Shown here piece by piece: positions 45,173 to 58,632 of a stretch of 64,000 bases of DNA. The notes beneath the pieces are model-generated. The model saw only the letters and a program-made list of their open reading frames with translations. It searched no databases and was not told the DNA's origin. The DNA is from Octopus vulgaris (taxonomy: Eukaryota): assembly GCA_951406725.2 (NCBI GenBank), contig OX597821.1, positions 23,746,001 to 23,810,000 on the forward strand. The letters are read 5' to 3'. Each line of letters begins with the position of its first letter. The first letter of the stretch is position 1. A program made the position numbers and the translations under genes.

Positions 45173-45553
45173 TTTAGGTACAAGGTCTCTTGTGAGGGGA
45201 GGGTATTAACTGGTGCCATCGACCTCAGTACTTGACTGGTACTTTATTTTATCACCCTCGGTGGGATGAAAGACAAAGTTGACTTCGGCAGAATGTGAAC
45301 TCAGAACATAAAAAAGAGGAACAAATACTGCCAGGTAATTTTAACGAGTCTACCAAAATAAAAATTGTTATTGCTTCAAACAAAGGCCCAAGACATGGAA
45401 TTTATTGGAGCTGTCAATCGAATAAAATGTCTCTTGTACCTGACTGGAATTTATTTATTTATTCATTTATAAAAGCGGCCGAAATGGAGTTCCTCTGAAG
45501 GATTCCTGGAGTACATGGACTTAAAAAGGTGCGTAGCTCGGAAATCAGGGCGT

Positions 45554-45970
45554 CTTATTTCTTTACTGCCCACAAGGTGCTAAACACAGAGAGGACAAAC
45601 AAAGACAGACAAGGAGATTAAGTCGATTACATCGACCCCAGTGCGTTACTGGTACTTAATTTATCGACCCCGAAAGAATGAAAGGCAAAGTCGACCTCGG
45701 CGGAATTTGAACTCAGAACGTAGCAGCAGACGAAATACCTATTTCTTTACTACCCACAAGGTGCTAAACACAGGGAGGAACAAACAAGGACAGACAAACG
45801 GATTAAGTCGATTACATCGACCCCAGTGCGTAACTGGTACTTATTTAATCGACCCCGAAAGGATGAGAGGCAAAGTCGACCTCGGCGGAGTTTGAACTCA
45901 GAACGTAGCGGCAGACGAAACACCGCTAAGCATATCGCCCGGCGTGCTAACGTTTCTGCCAGGTCGCCGC
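45554..45970 (-). mobile_element. SINE B with tandemly duplicated 3' part
   Basis: Same structure as 33393-33810. Confidence 0.9.
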
Positions 45971-46043
45971 GTCAGGGCATCTCTCTTGGTCGAGCCGCTT
46001 CTTCTCCGCAATGAGAGGTCAAGGAGCCGGTGCTATGATCATG

Positions 46044-46272
46044 CGGCGAGCTGGCAGAAACGTTAGCACGCCGGGCGAAATGCGTAGCCGTATTTCGTCT
46101 GCCGTTACGTTCTGAGTTCAAATTCCGCCGAGGTCGACTTTACCTTTCACCCTTTCGGGGTCGATAAATTAAGTGCCAATTACGTACTGGGGTCGATGTA
46201 ATCGACTTAATCCGTTCGTCTGTCCTTGTTTGTCCCCTCTGTGTGTAGCCCCTTGTGGGCAGTAAAGAAATA
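46044..46272 (+). mobile_element. SINE B, full length with TSD
   Basis: Flanking GGT(G/A)CTATGATCATG direct repeats. Confidence 0.93.
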
Positions 46273-46480
46273 GGTACTATGATCATGTGATTAGAATGTC
46301 GTAGTTAAGAACTTCAAGACAGACTTGCAACGACATAATTTGGGGGAAAAGTTGAAAGTAACGATGAAGTTTGAATAATGATGATGATGATGCATCGTAG
46401 AAATAAATTAATGGAAAACAATCTTGCAGACGGTCATTTATTTCGTTGATTATAATGTCGTTACAAATATAAAATCAACG

Positions 46481-46846
46481 GTGGAGGCGCAATGGCCCAG
46501 TGGTTAGGGCAGCGGACTCGCGGTTTCGATTCTCTGACCGGGCGTTGTGAGTGTTTATTGAGCGAAAACACCTAAAAGCTCCACGATGCTCCGGCAGGGG
46601 ATGGTGGTGATCCCTGCTGTACTCTTTCACCACAACTTTCTCTTACTTCCTGTTTCTGTTGTATCTGTATTTCAAGGGGCCGGCCTTGTCACTCTCTGTG
46701 TCACGCTGAATATCCCCGAGAACTACGTTAAGAGTGCACGTGTCTGTGGAGTGCTCAGCCACTTACACGTTAATTTCACGAGCAGGCTGTTCCGTTGATT
46801 CGGATCAACCGGAACCCTCACCGTCGTAACCGACGGAGTGCTTCTC
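46481..46846 (+). mobile_element. SINE family C with second tail type, TSD-flanked
   Basis: tRNA-like head; TSD ATAAAATCAACG. Confidence 0.92.
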
Positions 46847-47199
46847 ATAAAATCAACGACGTCGACGCGTCGTTTGTTTGTGTATACACCTGTTACTCGT
46901 TAAATACTTTCAGGTTCCATGGATCCTTTGCGTGTGGGAAATCAATCTGACAATTAATTAAAACGTGGATTCCGTTCCGAATCCTCTGATCCCTAAAGAA
47001 TCTTCAAACTGAACCAAAATGGCAGGAGACCAGGAACATAATGCTTGGCTAATATCCATAGTCTCAGTCGGTCACGCTTGGGAATCCAGCTGAAAAATAT
47101 AATGATTTTTACTTCTGATAGGACTTTATGGAGGTGGTGCGTGACGACTCTCCTTCCATGACCCTTCCAGTAATAGTGGGTGTAAATATATATTGTATC

Positions 47200-47580
47200 T
47201 TTTATTTGTTTCAGTTATTAGACTGCCGCCATTCTTGGGCTCCGCCTTGAAGAATTTTTAGTTGAATAAACTGACCCCAGTGCTTACATTCTTTTAAAAC
47301 CTGATACTTATCTTATTGGCTCTTTTGCCAAACCGCTAACTTACGGGGACGTAAACATACCAATACCGGTTGTCAATCGGTAGTAGGGGAAAAACATGGC
47401 CTCAAAGGTACACACCACACACACACACACATATATGACAGTTTCCATCTACCAGATCCACTCACAAGGCTTTAGTCGACCCGAGGCTATAGCTGAAGAC
47501 ACTTCCCCCAAGATACTACGCAGTGGGGCTGAAACCAGAACCATGTGGTTGGGAAGCAAGCTTCTTGCCACACAGCCACG
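47200..47580 (-). mobile_element. Older SINE A
   Basis: Diverged head and tail. Confidence 0.8.
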
Positions 47581-47852
47581 AGGCGAGACGAATGTAGAGA
47601 AACAAGAACAATTTTCAAATCAGTGTGTGCATTTACGAAAGATAGTGGAATAATGAATGAAAGGAAACAGGAACGGATGGTAACAGTAATTTAAAAGGAA
47701 GTTAAACGAAAGGTCTCAATAATGGGACACTCACACAGAACTCATCAGAAAATTCCACGTATCCCTAATTAGCCTTTCTACCGAGGGCAAATGCCATCTA
47801 CTGAGGCTAATGCTGAAAATTAGCCCTATCACTCGTGGCATATGCCCCCCCC

Positions 47853-47885
<33 letters not shown>

Positions 47886-48556
47886 CTTTCAGCCACTTTA
47901 CTGGGATGTAACAGCTCTCTCCCCACCATTATCTTCCAAGTGATACTTGATGGAGTTGTACTTGACGAAGTGTCACTTGAAGTGTTACTTGTTGAAGACT
48001 TAGTAGAAGAGGAAAATGTCCCTGTAACTAAATCGTTTAATTCCTGTCTGCCTTACAATCCCTTCGGAATAAACAGCTTGGTTGATTTTCGTCGACACCT
48101 AGACTGTTTCCGAGAATGTCATTACATTCGCCTTCCGTTCATGCAGTATAGAAAGAAGGATTGATCTACCATATGCAACAACTCTATCCAACTGATAAAG
48201 GACTGCAGTGACCTGACGACATTTTAGCTGCAAAGCGCCAATCTTGATCTTTGTTTGGCTCTCGATCTTTGCTTGGCTCATGACTGCAGTTCCGTTGAAA
48301 AGACTATATGCCTGACAAATGGTAACGTCATCAATTCACAAACCAGGAATCACTGCCCATAGGAGATGTTGGCAACAGATGGACCATCTGAACAAGAAAA
48401 TGCTTTGTTTTGTTCCCCCTCCCCACCACCCGCCAGAAGCAATAGGGCAGAGGCTTCAATCTGGACAAATGAAAGACTAGGCGAGGTAGGCAGTCCCACT
48501 GTAATAAATGACAGAGGCCAGACGTTTCAAGAATAATTTCACATCAGCTCATTTCT

Positions 48557-48785
48557 TATTTCTTTACTGCCCACAAGGGGCTAAACACAGAAGGGACAAA
48601 CAAGGACAGACAAACAGATGAAGTCGATTATATCGACCCCAGTGCGTAACTGGTACTTATTTAATCGACCTCGAGAGGATGAAAGGCAAAGTCGACCTCG
48701 GAGGAATTTGAACTTAGAACGTAGCGGCAGATGAAATGAGCATTTCCCCGGCGTGCAAACGTTTCTGCCAGCTCGCCGCCTTATT
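48557..48785 (-). mobile_element. SINE B, full length with TSD
   Basis: TCAGCTCATTTCT direct repeats on both sides. Confidence 0.92.
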
Positions 48786-48849
48786 TCAGCTCATTTCTGG
48801 TTCGGACTGACCACCCAGCCCGTGAACTCATTCTAGTTCTGGTCTATTT

Positions 48850-49540
48850 ATGACCATTTACGAGCGACCAGGTGATATGATGGGGCAATGATGGATGCCT
48901 GTGAGGATGGTGGTGTTGGAGAGGTAGGGGCAAGTGCAACAGCGTGGGCGGGAACAAGGTAACGAGCCATGTTGGGAGGTGGGGTTAGGAAAGAAACTGT
49001 GGACCAGGAGGTTACGCAGGTTGTGGGCTCGTTTGAAGGAGGGTAGGGTAGGTTGGGGAAGATGTGCGAAGTGGAAGAGGCTAGGTGAGGGAAATGGGAG
49101 ACGGGCAACGGCGGAGCAGATGCGTGGAGAGAGCGCAGAGGCACGGTCCACGGTACGTGCTCTGGCAAGGGCTGTGTGGATAGTGGTGAGGGGATATCCA
49201 TGAAGAATGGCGAGCCGTGAGTTGTGACTGAGTCTCAAAATCAAGGTTGTCATGCAGAGCCTGCACAGACGGAGGAATTGGGAGTAGGGGATGGAGAGCT
49301 TGGTGTGGGTAGGGTTGGAAGAGGAGAGGTTAAGGTATGAGTGTGAGTCGGTATGTTTGTAGTGGATGGAGGTTGTGAGAGCGGAGTGGTGTTTGTTGAC
49401 CGAAATGTCGAGAAAAGCGACTGAAAGTTGGAAATAGTGCAGGAGAATTCGAAGACAGGAAGGAAGCATTGGACAAAAGAGAGGAAAGAGTCTAGATGTT
49501 CGCGGGAGAGTGAGGTTACACCGATACAGTCATCAATATA
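48850..49540 (-). mobile_element. Penelope-like RT/thumb/Zn-knuckle fragment
   Basis: YIDDCIG, FLDISV, IHYKHTDSHSYL, SIPYSQFLRL, CSRPRCCTCP motifs; frameshifted. Confidence 0.9.
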
Positions 49541-49715
49541 TATATATATACACACACACGACGGGGCTTCTTTCAGTTTCCGTCAGCCAAATCCACTCAA
49601 GGATTTTGTCGCCCGAGCCTATTGCAGAAGACACTTGCCCAAGATGCCCAAAGTGGGACTGAATCCGGAACCATGTGGTTGGGAAGCAAACATATATTTA
49701 TATCTTCATCCTCCT

Positions 49716-49722
49716 CGGCGGC

Positions 49723-49754
<32 letters not shown>

Positions 49755-49839
49755 CGGTGGCGGAGGCGGCGGCGGCGGTGGCGGCGGCGGCGACGGTGGC
49801 GGCGGCGGCGGCGGTGGCGGCGGTGGCGGCGGCGGCGGC

Positions 49840-49884
<45 letters not shown>

Positions 49885-49890
49885 GGCGGC
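49716..49890. repeat. (GGC)n with GGT interruptions
   Basis: Direct reading. Confidence 0.95.
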
Positions 49891-50039
49891 ACCACTCGTT
49901 TGGTTCATCCGGTGCCACAATGATACTTAAACCTGACATAGCTTAGAAGTTAAAGTTGGAAATGGAACAGTCTCGGTCATGGAATCCAAAGCCGTATGTA
50001 GTGGTGGTGGTCTTGACGGTCGTTGCTAGGCTTTTATTT

Positions 50040-50590
50040 ATTCCTCGGTCTTTCTTCACTCCTCGAAAGTGAAATAACCGAAATGAATTGTCTTCGCCAG
50101 GATGGACGCTCGGCGGGTTCTATTTCTCAGGTGTTAGGGCTGATTCCGGTTTCAAACTTCAGTTTGTCTTTGAATCTGTGTTTTGGGGCTCCTTGATGTC
50201 GTTTGCCGTTAACGAATTCGCTGGTCTTGAAGGGGGCCACTCGGATGACATGTTCTGACCACCCGAGACGATGCTTGAGGATGGCAGCTTCGACGCTGGG
50301 CATTTCTGAGCAATTGAAGACCTTGTGGTGCGTCAGTCCTGCCATTTGATGTTGAGTATGTACTGGTGCTCAAGCTTTTTCACATCTTTTCAATACAGGA
50401 TCCTGCTCAAATATCTTCGTTTTGTCTGCATTCACTTTCATTCAAAAGCAATAGTAGGTTTCGGACACAAGAGTCGAATAGCGCTGGAGGTCGGCAACAG
50501 AGGTGGTAGGGATTGGATTGTCGTCTGTGTGCTGGACCTTCTTCACGCTGCTATTCGACGTTCAAGTTTTGGATCTGACAAGTGCGAAAT
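50040..50590 (-). mobile_element. RTE-clade LINE 3' remnant
   Basis: PSVEAAILKHRLGWSEHVIRV...GKRHQGAPKHRFKDKLK resembles RTE C-terminal LRWAGHV...RGRP..RWKD. Confidence 0.75.
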
Positions 50591-50593
50591 CTA

Positions 50594-51159
50594 TTGGGTT
50601 GTCCGGAAAGTTCGTGCCGATTTATAGTAGCTTATATTTCGACTTATTTTAGAACATGGTTGAGTCCATAAAATAGGATTTGACTACACCTCCATTTAGA
50701 GCACAGTTTAAGCTATCTTTTCGTGGAAGAAGGTTTATATTCCTATAACCTGTGTTAATTCTGTAACCCTTTAAAACGGAAGATAAGAAAGTCCATTTTC
50801 GGCACTTGATGCTTTGGGAACCAGACAAAAATTGCTGCAGCTCGTCTGGGATGTGTTACCCCACCCTCCATATTCACCAGATGTTACTCCTTTGGATTTC
50901 CACTTATTCAGGTCTCTGCAGAATAGTCTTAATGGTAAAAATTTCAATTCCTTGGATGATGTAAAAAGATACCTTGATGAATTCTTTGCCATGAAACCAC
51001 CTCAATTCTGGGAAGAGGGTATTTTCAAGTTAAAGGAAAGATGGAGACGCATCGTGCAACAAAATGGTTCATATTTGGTTGATTACAAATGTAATGGCAA
51101 GTATTTATTGACCTTTTTCTTTCCTTTAAAAATCGGCACGAACTTTCCGGACAACTCAA
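50594..51159 (+). mobile_element. Second copy of 566 bp non-autonomous mariner
   Basis: Same TIRs, TA TSD and deletion junction as 37061-37626. Confidence 0.95.
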
Positions 51160-51269
51160 TATTTATATTGCCGCCACCGGGTATCTAGCTGAGTACTTAA
51201 GTTCATCTAAGCATACCAGACGATAGGTCCATGCTGTGGTAAAGAGTTAAAGGTATCAAGCAACGATGG

Positions 51270-51329
<60 letters not shown>

Positions 51330-51509
51330 AGGAAGATAGAAAAATATCACACTCGTGTAGAAGTCATGATTCTATGTTGATTTCTTGTTTTATTTTGTCT
51401 CATAAACATCAAAATGTATTTTACAATTCAAATACATTTTAAAGGTAGTTCGACACGTTTGCTTCCTCGACCAGGCCTGACATATTCTTCCTTCGAAGTC
51501 TAAACAACT

Positions 51510-51550
<41 letters not shown>

Positions 51551-51573
51551 CACACATACACAGGCATATATAA

Positions 51574-51624
<51 letters not shown>

Positions 51625-52160
51625 AATACATGTGTGCGTGTGTGTATAGTAAAGCTTGTCTACAAACACTTTAAAATACATCATAAAAAATGCTTTTTGT
51701 GAAAGCAACGTTTCAGTCGGATTAATTCTTCAAACGGTGCGTTTCGTGAGGAATAGCTTTTAAAACAGCTTTCAAATAAGAATAAAAAGAAAGAAAATCA
51801 ACTGATCTTGTAAGAAATGTTCGCAAAACCGTTTTGCTTCGGAAATAGCATTTATCTTTTACTCGTTTCACTCATTGAACTGCGGCTATGTTGGGGCACC
51901 GCCTCGAAATGCTTAGGCGAACAAATCGAACTCAGTACATTTTCCAAAAGTTTGGCACTTATTCTATCGGTCAGTTTTGCCGGACCACTAAGTTACGGGG
52001 AAGTATTCAAACGAACACTGGTTTTCAAGCAGTGGGAGGACAGATACAAACATAAGATACACACACACACGTGTGTGTGTGTGTGTGTGTGTGTGTATGT
52101 ACTATTATTATTATTTCAGCTGCATAAACAAACAAAAAATCACAAAAAATATCACAAAAC

Positions 52161-52200
52161 ACTGCTACTCAGAGTTTCACGTTCCCGTTCTTCGGACAGT
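52161..52200 (-). ncRNA. Minimal type-I hammerhead motif (U4C core)
   Basis: ACTGT-CCGAAGA-ACG-ggaa-CGT-GAAA-CTC-t-GAG-TA-GCAGT. Confidence 0.72.
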
Positions 52201-52217
52201 TTAGATTGAGAAGCTAA

Positions 52218-52257
52218 ACTATCCGATGAACGAGAACGTGAAACTCGGAGTAGCAGT
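52218..52257 (+). ncRNA. Minimal type-I hammerhead motif (U4C core), inverted twin
   Basis: ACTAT-CCGATGA-ACG-agaa-CGT-GAAA-CTC-g-GAG-TA-GCAGT; one stem I mismatch. Confidence 0.68.
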
Positions 52258-52386
52258 GTTTTGTGATACTTTTGTGATATTTTTGCAGCTTTAACAGTAA
52301 TAAAGCATATTACTCTACCTCCGATATTCGAGTACTATCTTTTCCCACCTTGTTTCACATTTATATATTCATTAATACCTCGATAT

Positions 52387-52762
52387 TTGGGGCGCAATGG
52401 CCCAGTGGTTAGGGCAGCGGACGCGGGGCCGTAGGATCGCGGTTTCGATTATCAGATAGGGCGCTACGAGTGTTTATTGAGCGAAAACACCTAAAACTCC
52501 ACGAGGCTCCGGCAGGGGTGGGGGTGGCGAACCCTGTTGAACACTTTCACCACAACTTTCCCTCACTCTCTCTTCCTATTTCTGTTGTACCTGTATTTCA
52601 AAGGGCCAGCCTTGTCACACTCTGTGTCACGCTGAATCTCTCCGAGAACTACGTTAAGGGTACACGTGTCTGTAGAGGGCTCAGCTACTTGCACGTTAAT
52701 TTCACGAGCAGGCTGTTCTATTGATCGGATCAACTGGAACCCTCGTCGTTGTAACCGAAAAA
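52387..52762 (+). mobile_element. SINE family C, TSD-flanked
   Basis: TSD AATACCTCGATAT. Confidence 0.92.
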
Positions 52763-53307
52763 AATACCTCGATATACGAGTTGATTTGTTCCCGGAGACC
52801 GCTATATGCTTTGGCATTTAATTGTTCCTGATTGCACAGCAGCTTTCCAGAAGGTTTACAAAATTTTGGCAAAGTATTTTCATCCGAAAGGTATAAAAGA
52901 TATCCGTATGAATTTTTTAGTATTGTACCGGATCAAGCACCCGTAAAACAGAACAACAATTTCCTATAGTTGCAATGAAATTTAATGCTAAAACCAAAGG
53001 TTTTTTGTTGACAGCAAGACGGCGGCGCGGCCGAAACTCGACGGCCAATGTAAGAGGGAGATAATAACCTAGTGTTTAACTTCATAGCGAGGCAATTTCC
53101 TCTCCATATTTTGAAGCGGTCTTAGGCCAGCTGTGTTTAGGGTCTGAAGATACGTCGTAAGGCTAAGCCACTTATGAGCGGGAAACCTGGGTTAACCCCA
53201 TAAACTGGCCTCCCTCATTATAATATTAACTGCACTACATCTTAGAGTGTGCTTCTCCTCCAGATTTATGTATTTCTACGGACGAATATGCATATATATA
53301 TATATAT

Positions 53308-53720
53308 AGGAGTGGCTGTGTGGTAAGTAGCTTGCTAACCAACCACATGGTTCCGGGTTCAGTCCCACTGCGTGGCATCTTGGACAAGTGTCTTCTGCTA
53401 TAGCCCCGGGCCGACCAATGCCTTGTGAGTGGATTTGGTAGACGGAAACTGAAAGAAGCCTGTCGTATATATGTATATATATATATATATGTGTGAGTAT
53501 GTGTTTGTGTGTCTGTGCTTGTCCCCCTAGCATTACTTGACAACCGATGCTGGTGTGTGTATGTCCCCGTCACTTAGCGATTCGGCAAAAAGAGACCGAT
53601 AGAATAAGTACTGGGCTTACAAAGAATAAGTCCCGGGGTCGATTTGCTCGACTAAAGGCGGTGCTCCAGCTTGGCCGCAGTCAAATGACTGAAACAAGTA
53701 AAAGAGTAAAAGAGTAAAGA

Positions 53721-53722
<2 letters not shown>
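53308..53722 (+). mobile_element. SINE A, full length
   Basis: Complete head and tail. Confidence 0.93.
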
Positions 53723-54174
<452 letters not shown>

Positions 54175-54185
54175 TTATGCAAATA

Positions 54186-54234
<49 letters not shown>

Positions 54235-54240
54235 TATATA

Positions 54241-54268
54241 CAGGGGTTGGACAATATACATACATACA

Positions 54269-54318
<50 letters not shown>

Positions 54319-54689
54319 AGGGTTGGACAATATAATGGAAACACCGACAGAATTGGTCTCTAGTGCGGTAGAAGAATGTTATTTTCTCGGACGAGTCATT
54401 CTTTACCTTATTTCCAACCACCAGCTGAGTATATGTGTGGAGACAGCCAAAAGAAGCATTTGACCCAGACTACCTTCTTCCAACTGTTGAACATGGAGGA
54501 GGATCTGTGATGATCTGGGGGCCTATATCTTGGAAATCCGCCGGCCAAATGGCTTCTCTTCGTGGCAGAATGAATAGTCAAGACTATTTAAGCATTTTAT
54601 CTGATCGAATTAATCATAAGGTTGCGGAACTGTTTCCGGAGGGAAACGCAATTTTTCAGGATGATAATGCACCAATTCACACAGTTAAA

Positions 54690-54690
<1 letters not shown>
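54241..54690 (+). mobile_element. Tc1 fragment with duplicated left TIR
   Basis: TA-CAGGGGTTGGACAATATA at 54241 and 54317; FSDES, PTVEHGGGSVMIWG, FQDDNAPIHT. Confidence 0.88.
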
Positions 54691-54729
<39 letters not shown>

Positions 54730-54745
54730 ATGTATATATGTATGT

Positions 54746-54824
<79 letters not shown>

Positions 54825-54828
54825 TAGT

Positions 54829-54882
<54 letters not shown>

Positions 54883-55333
54883 TTGATAGAGAGATAGAGA
54901 GATAGAGAGATAGAGAGATAGAGAGATTATCCGTGTGTTTGTGTTTTTCTTCTGTGCATACGCAAAAAGATAAGAAGCAACGATGGAGGTCTAAGTGTAT
55001 CTGAGAGAGAGAATGTGTGTGTGTGTGTGAGAGAGAGAGAGGGGGGGATGGAGGGAGTTAGGTAGAGAGAGAGAGAAGCAAATAGATAGAGAGAGGCAGG
55101 TAGGAAGAGAGGGAAAGAGAGAGACAGATAGAGAGAGGGGCAGATTTAGAGAGAGAATCAGATAGGAAGTGAGGGACAGAGGAAAGGAAGGAGAGATGCA
55201 GAGGAAGAGATGCTTATAGGGAAAGAGAGAGAGAAACAAAGAAATGAGAGATTAGGGCACGCAAGAACAGGGCAAACATGCATGCGTGTGCGCGTGCGTG
55301 TGTGTGTGCGCGCGCGCGCGTGATGTATATGCA

Positions 55334-55461
55334 TATAAAGGCTTGAGGAGACAGAAGACATCATTGGTTGGTCGAAACGTGTTTGCTGAAGACTTTATTT
55401 TCTTTCGTGCTCTTCTGATTGTTGTGGCTGCTTGCTCCCCTTCTCACACTCAAAGGTGAGT
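55334..55461 (+). promoter_or_regulatory. Candidate TATA/Inr core promoter and non-coding first exon
   Basis: TATAAAG 55334, TCATTG with A at 55363, donor AAG|GTGAGT at 55455/55456. Confidence 0.45.
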
Positions 55462-55886
55462 AAATACTTCATACATATTTTTTTGTTTTTTTTTCTTAGG
55501 TTTACTCTGTTTTAATTACATCATCATTAAGTATATTACAATCTTTACATCCAAAATTTATAATCTTTGAAAACGTAACACTCATTCATTCGTGTGTTAA
55601 AATAAAAAAAATAGATGTATGAGCGTGTGTATGTGTGTGTGCGTGTGTGTATGTGTGTGTGTGTGGTCTTTTGCTTGTTTCAGTTACGCTGCGACACCAC
55701 TATTTCAAGAGTTCCATCGAACAGGGATGTAAACAAACTATCACCGGTTGTCAAGCGGTGGTAGGAGAGGAGACGAATAAAACACAAACAGATTCACACA
55801 CATAGATACACATGCACACATTCATATATGCATATACATGTAAAATAAACAGTGTGAAAACCAGAACATGTTTTAACTTTATTCAA

Positions 55887-55959
<73 letters not shown>

Positions 55960-56048
55960 AGAGTTTACGAAAAGAATACAAAAGACGAAGACAGGTGGTG
56001 TATAAAACAAACAGATGTATTAGTATAACGCTCAGGAATAGAAAAAGT

Positions 56049-56084
56049 CTTTTACGTTTCGAGCCTACGCTCTTCTACAGAAAG
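56049..56084 (-). ncRNA. Minimal hammerhead-like motif in family Z element (55957-56148)
   Basis: CTTT-CTGTAGA-A-GAGC-gtag-GCTC-GAAA-CG-TA-AAAG; A6 substituted. Confidence 0.6.
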
Positions 56085-56203
56085 GGACACAGAAAAAAAC
56101 AAGGAGAGAAAAAAAATGTATGTAGTGGCTAACGATCAGCCATGGCGAATGTGTGTGTGTGTATGTGTGTGTGTGTGTGTATGTGTGTGTATTTATATAT
56201 ACA

Positions 56204-56241
<38 letters not shown>

Positions 56242-56299
56242 TGCTTCTATATGTATATACATGTATGTATACACACAAACACACACACACACACACATT

Positions 56300-56332
<33 letters not shown>

Positions 56333-56406
56333 GCGCGTGCTTATACATATATATACATGATTGTCCATATATGTGTGTGTGTGTGTGTGCATAGATAGAT
56401 AGACAC

Positions 56407-56527
<121 letters not shown>

Positions 56528-56692
56528 GATAAAGAGAGAGAGAGATAATGTGTCATTTACACACATACATACACATATACATTCATATATATATATATTC
56601 TGAATATATATATACATACACAGACGCACTTATGTGCGTTAATGTGTGTGTGTGTGTGTGTGTCTGTATGTGTGTGTGTATGTGTGCGTGTT

Positions 56693-56750
<58 letters not shown>

Positions 56751-57021
56751 CTGAATATATAACAAACATGTTTATATGTGTATGTAAATACAATTCTTAA
56801 TAAAGTAAATAACCTATTAATTCGGATGTTATTTTAAGTGAATAACCTTTGATGTTTACAATAATTTCTTTGAGTGGAGATATGAGCACAGCTATTTGAG
56901 ATTATCGTATGAGTGTGGTTTTCTTTACTTTGCTTTAGATTATTTTAAAGCCGACTATTCTGAGGATACTGTATACCTACACACACGCACACAAACACAC
57001 ACACACACACAGAGGTGGTAA

Positions 57022-57256
57022 AGGCGGCGAGCTGGCAGAAACGTTAGCACGCCGGGTGAAATGCGTAGCCGTATTTCGTCTGCCGTTACGTTCTGAGTTC
57101 AAATTCCGCCGAGGTTGACTTTGCCTTTCATCCTTTCGGGGTCGATAAATTAAGCACCAGTTACGCTCTGGGGGTCGATGTAATCGACTTAATACCTATG
57201 TCTGTCCTTGTTTGTCCCCTCTATGTTTAGCTCCTTGTGGGTAATAAAGAAATAGG
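57022..57256 (+). mobile_element. SINE B, full length
   Basis: Complete head, central domain and tail; short GGTAAAGG flanking repeat. Confidence 0.92.
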
Positions 57257-57750
57257 TAAAGGTATTGGACACATGGCTGTAGGATTGGCGTTTTGATTCC
57301 TGGACTGGGGCGATGCATTGTCTTCTTGGGCAAGGCACTTCATTTCACGTTGCTCCAGTCCACTCAGCTAGCAAAAATGTGCAAGCCTGCGACGGACCGC
57401 CGTCCCGTCCAGGTGGTGAATATTATACACCACGGAATCAGGAAACCAGCCCTTGTGAGTCGACATGACATTGAGAAGGTAACTTTACTTTAAACACACG
57501 TATGTATGTATGTATGTATGTATGTATGTATGTATGTATGTATGTATGTATGTATGTATGTATGTATGTATGTATGTATGTATGTATGTATGTATGGATG
57601 GATGGATGGATGGATGTATGGATGGATGGATGTCTGGATGTATGTATGTATGTATGTATGCATGTATGTATTATGTATGTATGTATGTATGTATGTATGT
57701 ATGTATGTATGCATGCATGCATGTATATGTATATAAACACACACATATAT

Positions 57751-57844
<94 letters not shown>

Positions 57845-57870
57845 TGAGTGAGTGAGTAAGTGACAGAAAT

Positions 57871-58002
<132 letters not shown>

Positions 58003-58065
58003 GTGGGAATTTTAGAGTGTTACAATACCTACCATTCTTCAATCTTTTTCTTTCTGATACGACAG

Positions 58066-58137
58066 AGCAAAATTTTCGAAAGTTGTCCTCAAAACCTCCA
58101 TCATTACCGTCGATGTTCCAAATAGTAGATGTATATG
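58066..58137 (+). other. Candidate 72 nt exon
   Basis: Pyrimidine tract plus CAG acceptor; ATG|GTGAGG donor; open frame ...PSMFQIVDVY. Confidence 0.3.
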
Positions 58138-58239
58138 GTGAGGTCGGGAGGCCATCCATTATAGATTCGAGAGGGTCTCAAATCGATTTGCTCTTCGTAT
58201 TTTGTTGACCTTTGCTTCGATTAATTTTTTTTCTTGAAA

Positions 58240-58632
58240 CGCAGGAGTGGCTGTGTGGTAAGTAGCTTGCTAACCAACCACATGGTTCCGGGTTCAGTCC
58301 CACTGCGTGGCATCTTGGGCAAGTGTCTTCTGCTATAGCCCCGGGCCGACCAATGCCTTGTGAGTGGATTTGGTAGACGGAAACTGAAAGAAGCTTGTCG
58401 TATATATGTATATATATGTGTGTATATGTTTGTGTGTCTGTGTTTGTCCCTCTATCATTGCTTGACAACCGATGCTGGTGTGTTTATGTCCCCGTCACTT
58501 AGCGGTTCGGCAAAAGAGACCGATAGAATAAGTACTGAGCTTACAAAGAATAAGTCCCGGGGTCGATTTTCTCGACTAAAGGCGGTGCTCCAGCATGGCC
58601 GCAGTCAAATGACTGAAACAAGTAAAAGAGTA
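58240..58632 (+). mobile_element. SINE A, full length
   Basis: Complete head and tail. Confidence 0.93.

Noticed and set aside
55343-55388. TTGAGGA-GAC...GTC-GAAAC hammerhead-like string
   Set aside because: Unpaired 3:8 positions and no stem I; promoter/exon reading fits better.
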